Origin: Eledone cirrhosa
Taxonomy: Eukaryota
Direction: 5' to 3'
Assembly: GCA_964016885.1 (NCBI GenBank)
Contig: OZ024757.1
Span: 25,482,001-25,546,000 of the forward strand
DNA: 64,000 nt
The notes under the pieces: generated by a model
Database searches by the model: none
Told to the model about the DNA's origin: nothing
The model's input: only the letters and a program-made list of their open reading frames with translations
Made by a program: the position numbers and the translations under genes
Part shown: piece after piece, positions 1 through 11,000 of the stretch
Numbering within the stretch: the stretch's first letter is position 1
How the letters are laid out: every line of letters starts with the position of its first letter

Positions 1-84
1 AGGGTCATGTTGCCAATAAAACTTTATTGGGAACATGACCCTCCCAAAGTATAACAATAAAAAAAATATATATATATATATATA

Positions 85-480
85 TAAGCAAACGGTATAT
101 TCAATTTGTTGGTAATTCAACAAATATATATGTTTATAACTGATTCAGAGCACTCGACAGGTTTTCTGGAGTATAATATTCAATGATATTAAATAAATGG
201 AAACTATATTTATTCTATTATATATATTTCAAGGGTACCAAAACTTTGATATGCTTTCATCAGATAAAATACAAAATTTGTTTTATAAATTTTGACATAA
301 CCAAGAAAAAGATACCTTACTGGTTCAAGTTTTCCTTGGATAGTATCTTTTTCTAGGTTATGTCAAAATTTATAAAACAAATTTTGTATTTTATCTGATG
401 AAAGCATATCAAAGTTTTGGTACCCTTGAAATATATATAATAGAATAAATATAGTTTCCATTTATTTAATATCATTGAAT
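85..480. mobile_element. Penelope-like fold-back element (arms ~178-315 and ~342-480, plus ~95-bp tail at 85-177)
   Basis: Near-perfect inverted repeat carrying hammerheads, flanked by (TA)n; homologous to 40967-41560 and 63228-63570. Confidence 0.65.
387..447 (+). ncRNA. Type-I hammerhead ribozyme motif (family A); mirror copy at 211-271 on minus
   Basis: TATTTTAT-CTGATGA-AAG C atatcaaa..tttggtac C CTT-GAAA-TATATA-TA/ATAGAATA; 8-bp stem I and self-complementary stem III. Confidence 0.75.
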
Positions 481-708
481 ATATATGAAAGAGTCAGGAC
501 CCCGATAGCTGAGCTTTGGCCGTTTCAACAGCTGGTTCTGGAACTAGTTGTTTAAATGGCAGGAGCTCAGCTATCGGGGTCCTGATTCTTTGATATAACC
601 ATACTCTACTACTCCAAGTATGGAGTACTCTGGTGAGTAATGGTCTAACCAGTTTCTTACTGCATCCATCTTGATTTTATTTATTTTTATATATATATAT
701 ATATATAA

Positions 709-751
709 ACCGAGCTGAGGATCCGAATAAGGTGAAACATTTGTTCTCGGT
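709..751 (+). ncRNA. Minimal hammerhead ribozyme motif
   Basis: ACCGAG-CTGAGGA-tcc gaataa ggt-GAAA-catttg-TT/CTCGGT; perfect 6-bp stem I but weak stem II with T.T at its base; lies between (TA)n runs. Confidence 0.55.
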
Positions 752-808
752 ATGAGGAACTAACCGTTGTGGAACTACTTCTATCTATCTCTATATATAA
801 ATAAATAT

Positions 809-863
<55 letters not shown>

Positions 864-864
864 T

Positions 865-899
<35 letters not shown>

Positions 900-2142
900 A
901 TAGTGATAATGACAATATAGTTAAGTTGAGTATTAAAACATTATCAGATGGTTAGAAGCTCAATGCAATGGGGTTCACACAGAATATACTATTTACAAAA
1001 AATCGCCAAAGAATCAATGCATTTTTAAACTGACATGAAACACGATAGTTTGAAAATGCATTGATTCTCTGTTGTTTTTATAAATAGTATATATATATAT
1101 ACACACATTTCTTGAATGAATGTCACAACAAACTCAGCTGAAAAATACCTGAATCTTACATAAGTAGAACCAATTTATATACCTTCTAGGATGTATGCGT
1201 TGTGGTTTTCTGATGCCCTAAAATACACATCTAGATAATACCTACTTATTACATAATATAACCAAACTATATCTAATCTACTATGATGAACGTGTTATTG
1301 TTCTCAAATGCCCCTGAAACATGTCTAGCTTACATAGAGCTATGATGTATGTCTTGTGGTTTCTCAGATCTTCTAAAACACACTAGAAAACTGCTTGCTT
1401 CTTTTATAAATATAGCCACCTTATATCCCCTTTAAAGCACAACTGATTCTTACATTAATAGAACCATTATGTGTATATATATATCATCATCATCATTGTT
1501 TTCACATCTGCTTTTCCATGCTTGCATGGGTTGGACATATATATAACAAATTTAATATAGAAATGGTTTCTACAGGACAACAACAGTTTCATTTGAAGGA
1601 TGGTTTAAATGCTAAAGAGTTAAACTGGTGTTTAGAGCATAAACCATAGAACTAGAAACCAGTACCATAGTGAGAACTATTATTCTAAATTAACTAGTTG
1701 TTTCCTACCTCATATCAGAACTAGTTACCTCAGACCCATACAAGACATCTGTCTCTCTTTCATTACTTCTATTGTTTTAATGTAAGGCCATTACATGACA
1801 CAATGATAGGTTTTTAGATAAATATAAACACTTTTAAACAGTTTTATATAGTGAGAACTAGGAGGCAGTTTGATGTGAAAATAGTTAAGTTGATTTTAAA
1901 ACCAACATTGTATTAATAATTACTTTTCCTAACATCTAAAGATGGAGTTTTTTTAGTAGAGAATTAAACGTATTCTTTTACAAACAACACAACTGGATTC
2001 AAGTTTTTTTCTCTCAGCAAACCATCTGCAAAATGGAGGATGGATTGAAATATGCGTAATGAAGGTAGTTTTTAATTAAAGACCAGAACAGGAGCAATAG
2101 CAATAATTCCTGTCAGAGCAGCAGTTATAATTAACTAATTAA

Positions 2143-2335
2143 TAATTGTTTCTACTTTTGGCATAAGGCCAGCAATTACCCAGTGCATTACTGGTACTTT
2201 ATTTTATCAACCCCGTAAGGATGAAAGGCAAAGTTAACCTCGGCGGGATTTGAAGCCAGACCATAAAGGGGCGTAACTCTATGCAGCAAAGCATGGTGTC
2301 CAACCTTCTACCGATACTGCCAATCCACCACCCCT
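2143..2335 (-). mobile_element. tRNA-derived SINE family 1 (Meta/MESC-like central domain), representative copy
   Basis: Family B-box GTTCAAATCCC followed by TTGCCTTTCATCCTTACGGGGTCGATAAAATAAAGTACC. Over 15 copies in the window, e.g. 11597-11810, 13478-13651, 14620-14810, 27086-27280, 27707-27922, 33200-33405, 35705-35895, 42680-42835, 47845-47970. Confidence 0.75.
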
Positions 2336-2638
2336 TAATTAATAATAAACATAATTAGCTAATTAATTTGCTGTTCTCTGAAAGACAATTTTGCTTCTTA
2401 TTTTTTTCCATAACAGAAAAGAAAACAAAAAAATGAAACAGTTGAAAATTTCAACAACTGAAATGTTTTTTTCTTTTGCCCATAAAAAGATCAAATGTTT
2501 TTTTTTAATTGCTATTTATATATATATTTATATATATTGTTGATGTATTTTTTGTTTTTTTTTGTGTTTTAAATTTAGTATTTTTTTATACATCCATTCA
2601 TAGTTTGGTTCAAACGTAAGCCATTGTTTAACGAAGGG

Positions 2639-3123
2639 TTAAGAAGCTGCCATTACACCCTTTTTCTCCTCCAGTTCATTGGTCTGCTGGGCTGAGAGCT
2701 CCACCGCTTGTGGCACAGACGTGATCGACGCTGCAGAGGCACCATCACTGACTCCTGGGTTCAAAACAGAGGGTGCTGCTGCAGGTAGGGGTGAAGAGGA
2801 AGTCGGGTATCCGACACTGGCCAACGTGGAGAAACCACTGACACCACTACTGGTGCTGCTGTTGCTGGCTGGTACTGTACCAGGAGGCATCATGGAAACT
2901 GAGAGGTTTGGTAAACTGATTGGAGGTGGCACCATCATTCCAGAGGTCATAGGAGCTGGTATCATTCCAGAGGTCATAGGATTTGGTACCATTCCAGAGG
3001 TCATAGGATTTGGTACCATTCCAGAGGTGAAGGGTGTTGGTACCATTCCAGTAGTAAAGGGTGTTGGTACCATTCCTGTGGTGAAAGGTGGTGGTACCAT
3101 TCCTGTGGTGAGAGGCACAGTAG
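2639..3123 (-). CDS. GORASP2: GORASP terminal coding exon 11, with a 9-aa tandem repeat, ending [10 protein letters not shown]-stop
   Basis: Acceptor ttcaatttcag at 3125-3124, phase 1, TAA at 2641-2639; lies within ORF 2639..3184. Confidence 0.85.
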
Positions 3124-4427
3124 CTGAAATTGAAAAGAGAAAAACAATATAATGTATAAACAAAGCTGCTAACATAGGAAGCAATGGGAAAATTTGAAAT
3201 ATGTTGGTACCACAAAATACTCAGCCCACACTGTAAAGTGGTCGTGTAGGTATCACAACAAAAAGTTCCCAGCCCACACTGTAAAGTGGTCGTGTAGGTA
3301 TCACAACAAAAAGTTCCCAGCCCATACTGTAAAGTGGTCGTGTAGGTATCACAACAAAAAGTTCCCAGCCCACACTGTAAAGTGGTCGTGTAGGTATCAC
3401 AACAAAAAGTTCCCAGCCCATACTGTAAAGTGGTCGTGTAGGTATCACAACAAAAAAGTTCCCAGCCCACACTGTAAAGTGGTCGTGTAGGTATCACAAC
3501 AAAAAATTTCCAGCCCACTGTAAAGTGGTCGTGTAGGTATCACAACAAAAAAGTTCCCAGCCCACACTGTAAAGTGGTCGTGTAGGTATCACAACAAAAA
3601 GTTCCCAGCCCATACTGTAAAGTGGTCGTATAGGTATCACAACAAAAAAGTTCCCAGCCCACACTGTAAAGTGGTCGTGTAGGTATCACAACAAAAAAGT
3701 TCCCAGCCCACACTGTAAAGTGGTCGTGTAGGTATCACAACAAAATGTTCCCAGCCCATATATATATATCATCATCATTTTACGTCCGCTTTTCCCTGCT
3801 TGCAAGGGTGGGACAGGTCCTATTCAGCACAGCATCTCTCCACTTGTCACGGCCCTTTGTCATTTTGTCATCTCCGTGAGCTGCAGCGATCTGAGGTTTG
3901 CTCTCACCCCTCCGCCCATGTTTTTCGTGGTATATGTATATATATGTATATACAAATACGTATATACAAATATGTATATATATATGTATATACAAATACA
4001 TATATATATATGTATATACAAATACATATATATATATGTATATACAAATACATATATATATATGTATATACAAATACATATATATATATGTATATACAAA
4101 TACATATATAAATATGTATATACAAATACATATATATAAATATGTATATACAAATACATATATATAAATATGTATATACAAATACATATATATAAATATG
4201 TATATACAAATACATATATATAAATATGTATATACAAATACATATATATAAATATGTATATATATATGTATATACAAATACATATATATAAATATGTATA
4301 TATATATGTATATACAAATACATATATATATATGTATATACAAATACATATATATAAATATGTATATATATATGTATATACAAATACATATATATAAATA
4401 TGTATATATATATGTATATACAAATAC

Positions 4428-4459
<32 letters not shown>

Positions 4460-5022
4460 TATAGTAAATACACCAACTTCGCAGTTAAAGGACTAACATT
4501 TATTATATAACTGACACTGGTTTCTCCAATAAGCAGGGGAGTGTAGAGGCTAGTGATGTGAGACTTACCTCCTCCTGCCGCACCTCCTAACACACCTGAG
4601 TCCAGCCCTGCTGTTGAGAATCTGGGTGGTATGGTTGGAAAACCAGGTATTGATATAGTAGTCAGGGGTGGAAGGGACGAAAGGTTTGGTAAGTTTGGCA
4701 TGGCTGTTGGGGGTGGCAAATCTGAAACAGACAGTTAGGTAGATAGATAGGGAGGTAGACAGATAGAGAGACAGATAGGTAGATATATAGGGAGGTAGAT
4801 AGATAGATAGACAGACAGACAGATAGATAGATAGACAGGCAGATAGATAGATAGACAGATAGATAGATATATAGGGAGGTAGATAGATAGACAGGCAGAT
4901 AGATAGATAGATAGACAGATAGATAGATAGACAGGCAGATAGATAGACAGGCAGATAGATAGATAAATAAATAAATATACATACAGATAGATACATATAC
5001 AGATAAATATATATATATATAT

Positions 5023-5057
<35 letters not shown>

Positions 5058-8000
5058 TACATAGATAGATATATATATATATAGAGAGAGAGAGATACAT
5101 AGATAGATAGATAAATATATATATAGAGAGAGATAGATACATAGATAGATAAATATATATATAGAAAGAGAGATAGATACATAGATAGATAAATATATAT
5201 ATAGAAAGAGAGATAGATACATAGATAGATAAATATATATAGAGAGAGAGATAGATACATAGATAGATAAATATATATAGAGAGAGAGATAGATACATAG
5301 ATAGATAAATATATATATAGAGAGAGATAGATACATAGATAGATAAATATATATATAGAGAGAGATAGATACATAGATAGATAAATATATATATAGAGAG
5401 AGATAGATACATAGATAGATAAATATATATATATATAGAGAGAGAAAGAGAAATAAATAAATAGATGGTGGTAATTGAAGAAGAAAAATCCAGAAAAGGT
5501 AAGAAGAAAAAGACATTAATATATACGTATATATGTGTGTGTGACATTAATATGTATATATATAAATATATAGAGATTACAGTAATCAAAGTTCAGTTTA
5601 AGTCATTTATTTGCTTACAATTGTTTCCTCCAAACCGAGGTTTGGATTCTTCGGAGCAACTATTTATAACATACTTGACCTCCTTTTCAACCCAAGAGAC
5701 ACATAAAACATATGCGCATATTGATCAACAGTGGGGTGACATTCATCAAATGAAACAGCATGGCAATTTACATATAAAGTGTTACATGATAAAAATAAAA
5801 TAAAATAAAATAAAATAAAAGCAATGACTTATTAATTCAGCCTATATTATTAGATCGATTGCCTGCTTCAACTGCCTGACCCTGCAAATATCATTCTGAC
5901 GCACTCTAATTATGTATAGATAAGACAAGCGTGCATGCTACACGGGAGATTGCTTCATGCACTGACTACTCTAAGCTTTCCTCTTGCTTTATCTTCATAG
6001 ACTGCCAACGCTTCATGTTTATCTTTATTTTCACTCTTGCTTTTATTTTATTTTATTTTATTTTATTTTATTTTTATCATGTAACACTTTATATGTAAAT
6101 TGCCATGCTGTTTCATTTGATGAATGTCACCCCACTGTTGATCAATATGCGCATATGTTTTATGTGTCTCTTGGGTTGAAAAGGAGGTCAAGTATGTTAT
6201 AAATAGTTGCTCCGAAGAATCCAAACCTCGGTTTGGAGGAAACAATTGTAAGCAAATAAATGACTTAAACTGAACTTTGATTACTGTAATCTCTATATAA
6301 CTGCTCTGTATAACAACTGATGTTATTACATTGAGCTATTTAACTTACTGGTAATAGGATAGTAATTATAGACTATCTCTCACTATTTAGGGTTTGTGTA
6401 TATATAATACATTACCATCAAAGGTTTTATTGCATACATAACCATAAATAGTACCCTTAATACTATATAAATATATATATATATATATGTGATATTTGTG
6501 GTAGGTCATTCATTCTCTCATAAATGAAACCTTAACTAAACATATTCATACAGGTGAGAAGCCATTATATTAGAGTGCTATTTGTGGGAGATCATATTCT
6601 GGAAAATGTGATGTCACTAAAGATAAACATGCGTGAAGAAATACTTACTGGATGCTGAACCTGGTGGAAATGTTAGGGGTGTGGGGAATGGCATCTGGCC
6701 TGGGACGCCACTGGCCCCATTCATTGCATCAGCTGGGTTGTTTAGCACAGGAATAGTTGGGACACCTGTGAACGATACAGAAATATATTGAAGGTAATTC
6801 TCAGGGTAATAAACAGAATATAGAAGGAAAGACAGGACACAAGGGGGCTGGCAGTTTGAGTATAGACCTTTCGTGTAACATCAGTAATTATAGCATGTTT
6901 ATATCCACAACCTCAATGCACATGGTTTAGTGGTTAGAGTGTTGTGAGCTTGATTCTTTGACCGGGTGATGTGCTGTGTCCTTGAGCAAGACACTTTATT
7001 TCATGTTGCTCCAGTTCACTCAGCTGTAGAAATGAGTTGCACCCAGCCCACACTGTAGTGTGGTAGAGGACACTGCAAAAAGCACCCAGCCCACACTGTA
7101 GAGTATGGTGTAGGAGACATGGCAAAAATCACCCAGTCCACACAGTAATGTGGTTGTGTAGGTGTCACAACAAAAAGCACCCAGTTCACACTGTAAAGTG
7201 GTTGTGTAGGAGACACGGCAAAAAGCACCCAGTCCACACTGTAAATTTGGTTGGCATTATGAAGGGCATCCAGCTGTAGAAACTAAGCCAGAAAGAGTCC
7301 TATATGAGCAAAACATGGTCACCAGACCCAACTTGCTTCTAATGGAACAACCCGTCTAACCCATGCTAGCGTGGGAATGGACATTAAAATGATGATACTG
7401 ATGGTGATGATGATATGTTTACTGTTTGTATATGCTTGCTTTTCTTAAATTTCAGGGGAGGTAGCTTTGTTAACCCAATATGGTGGTGATAGTGTGTGCG
7501 GGGGGCGGAGTTATTATAGAAGCCATACACGTACCTGTATTCAATGACATGTTGGCCATACCTTGCACCAATCCAGCCGGCTGAGGTGTTGATGACAGCG
7601 ACACCTGTAGGGAGAAGATGTTAGATATAAAACTTCTGGCTACATGAACATGAAATCAACATTAGATATGTGGTCACACAACGCTACATGTACAGTGCTA
7701 CACATTAAGAATGTATATAACAACCTCTTAATATCTCTTGTGGCGCTAAACTCTGCCAGATGCAGACTGCGCATCAACATGAGATATTTTTCTCGCACAA
7801 AGTTCGATCACCATCAGCAGAGTTTAAAGAGCAAAGATCAAGTCCAGTCCATAAGTTGACATTATAAAGCCCTCTTAATATACAACTGCTAGAAACATGA
7901 GAGAGCCAATATCTTTAAAAACACACACACACATCTCTCGCTCTCTCTCTCTATATATATATATCTATATATATATATATTCAGGTTTGAGGTTCACCAC

Positions 8001-11000
8001 TGGATAGAGCTGGTCTATTCCGTATGGTCAATTGCAATGTAATAATATAGAGAGTACTCAACGTAAAGCAGTTCAACCGTCTTTGTTTTTTATATATATA
8101 TATATATACGTTATTCCGGGTTGAATCGGAGGTAACCACAGTAAGTAAGGTACTCAATACATAGCAGAGTATAAAAGTTTTAATATAGATGAGATTCTAC
8201 AGGACTAGAACTGTTTCATTCTTTAGAAATCATCAGATTCCTGATGATTTCTAAAGAATGAAACAGTTCTAGTCCTGTAGAATCTCATCTATATTAAAAC
8301 TATATATATATATATATATACAGGGTGTCCCACAAAAATGTATACATACTTTCATTACNNNNNNNNNNNNNNNNNNNNNNNNNNNNNNNNNNNNNNNNNN
8401 NNNNNNNNNNNNNNNNNNNNNNNNNNNNNNNNNNNNNNNNNNNNNNNNNNNNNNNNNNNNNNNNNNNNNNNNNNNNNNNNNNNNNNNNNNNNNNNNNNNN
8501 NNNNNNNNNNNNNNNNNNNNNNNNNNNNNNNNNNNNNNNNNNNNNNNNNNNNNNNNNNGGTGTCCCCAAAAATGTATACACACTTTGATTACCTGTACAG
8601 GCAATATTTATTAGAATGCTGTTGAGATGCGTATACATTTTTTGGGACACCCTATATATATATATATATAGGGTGTCCCCAAAAATGTATACACACTTTG
8701 ATTACCTGTACAGGCAATATTTATTAGAATGCTGTTGAGATGCGTATACATTTTTTGGGACACCCTATATATATATATATATATATATATTGGAATTCTG
8801 TGTCTTTCGTTATATTTAGTAGCTTATAAGAATGGTCTCATCTATTTTAGCATAGAAACATTTAACCATTTAACAAAAAAAAAACCCCAAAAAGATATGA
8901 ATATGAATAAGTGGGAGGTACAAACCTCAGAGAATCCATCAACAGACTTAGCAGTTGGATCAGGTACCGTTTACCGATGTGGTAGCATTCATATTTGATG
9001 GAAACTGGCGTTTAGGAATTCTGTGTAGGTAGCCAAAACCTATACCACAACCGAGACTGTATGATTGGCCATGTTGTGAATGAGAGAGGGAAGGAAACAG
9101 AAAAAGAAGAATATATTAACATTTACTGAATTATTGCCATATTTTAATGAAAGACAAACAATATTTAGGAATTTATACAATTTTAAAAATAATTTTCTTA
9201 TTATTAAGCTGTTGTGAAGGTGTGTGACCGAGTGGTTAGAGAATTGGATTCGCAATCGTGAGGTTTTGAGTTCGATTCCTGGACCGGGCAATGTTATGTC
9301 CTTGAGCAAGAAATTTTATTTCGCGTTGCTCCTTCTACCTGGAGGTGCGACCGATAGATAGTATTAGCAATTGGAAAGACCAGCAGAAACATTGTTTCCT
9401 TGGTCTGATTTGACGAAAGTCGATCGACTCTATATATATATATTTTGGAGCATAACTTTTTATGCAAAATTATGATGGAAAGTTTTCAGATAAATATAAA
9501 TACTTTAAACAAGCAGTTTTGTATGATAGAACCAGGGACAGTTTCAGGTGGTTTGGTATCAGAAGGATTAATAAAAAATTTGAAGGGATTTAGTAAAATA
9601 ACTTTCTCGTTATTAAGCTGGTGTTAGAAACATAACTTGACCCTTTAGCATTTAAATTTGTCATATCTGGCCAGAATTCTCTCACCTCTTTCTGTTCAAC
9701 CCGGCTGTAACTGACCACTCATACTGATATTAAGGTAGTGATCTCAAAATAAATAATATCAAAATATCATAGATACGATATTATGTGAAATAATTATGTG
9801 AGGTAAAAAGCTTTAACACGAAAATACAATAGTGTATATAGAGTAATGTAAATGCTAAAGGGTTAAAATGGTCCATATCTGGCCAGAATTATCTCCCCTC
9901 TGTCTGTTCAAACCAGCTGTAACTGACTGCTCATACTGATATTAAGGTATTGATCTCAAAATAAATAATATCAAAACATCATAGATACAATATTATATGA
10001 GATTATTATGTGGTAAAGCCTTTATAGTAAATATGGAGTAATGGAAATGCTAAAGGGTTTAACAAAGGTTTTTTACATAAAATTACAATAAGTCTTTAGA
10101 TAAATATGAACACATTAAAATAATCAGTTTTGTATTGTAGAAGCTGGAGGCAACTTCAGGCAGTTTGATATCAAAAGGGTTAAGATATTCTGATAATTAC
10201 CTTCCCTCTCCACCCCACTGGTTATTTGGGGTGATAGTCACTTCACGACAACTGTCTGATTCTGTGTTGTAGACATACAGCTTGAGAGGTTTACCTTCAT
10301 ATGACTCTATTAATGTGAACAGATCTTCAGACTGCAATGACAAAGATAATTTACTGGTTAATATCATACATGACAGGTAGTTGTCGTGATGGAGGTGGTG
10401 TGTAGGTGGTAATATTGGTGTTGAGGATGGTGGTAGATTTGGTGTTGGTGCTGGTGGTGTGTGTGTGATGGCAATATTGGAGATGGTGGTGGTGTTGTGT
10501 AATGGTAGTATTGGAGATGGTGGTGGTGTTGTGTAATGGTAGTATTGGAGATGGTGTTGGTGTTGATGGTGTTGGTGTGGTGTAATGGTAGTATTGGAGA
10601 TGGTGTTGGTGTTGATGGTAGTATTGGAGATGGTGGTGGTGTGGTGTAATAGTAGTATTGGAGATGGTGTTGATGCTGTTGTGTAATGGTAGTATTGGAG
10701 ATGGTGGTGATGCTGTTGTGTAATGGTAGTATTGGAGATGGTGGTGATGCTGTTGTGTAATGGTAGTATTGGAGATGGTGGTGCTGTTGATGGTAGTGAT
10801 GGGAATGGTGGTAGTGTTGGTGATAGTAGTAGTGGTGGTGGCAGTCCTATAACACATGCACACACACTGCTGGTCACAATTGTAATAATGAGGTAAAACT
10901 GTGTAGTGAGAGAACAAGGAGAGAGAGAAAAAAATTAAGAGAGTGAGAGATAGGTAGATAGATAGAAAGAGAGTGAGTCAAATAGAGCAAAAGAACTAGA

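Noticed and set aside
1278-1330. TGATGA..GAAACATGTC hammerhead-like string
   Set aside because: Lacks C3 and a clear stem II; part of a degenerate ~80-bp tandem repeat.
2679-3152. 157-aa plus-strand ORF
   Set aside because: Antisense shadow of GORASP exon 11.
3222-3758. CRISPR-like regular repeat
   Set aside because: Units abut with no unique spacers, there are no cas genes, the context is eukaryotic, and the unit derives from a retroposon tail.
8559-8767. Near-identical tandem MITE copies as evidence of recent transposition
   Set aside because: They abut the assembly gap and may be a contig-end duplication.
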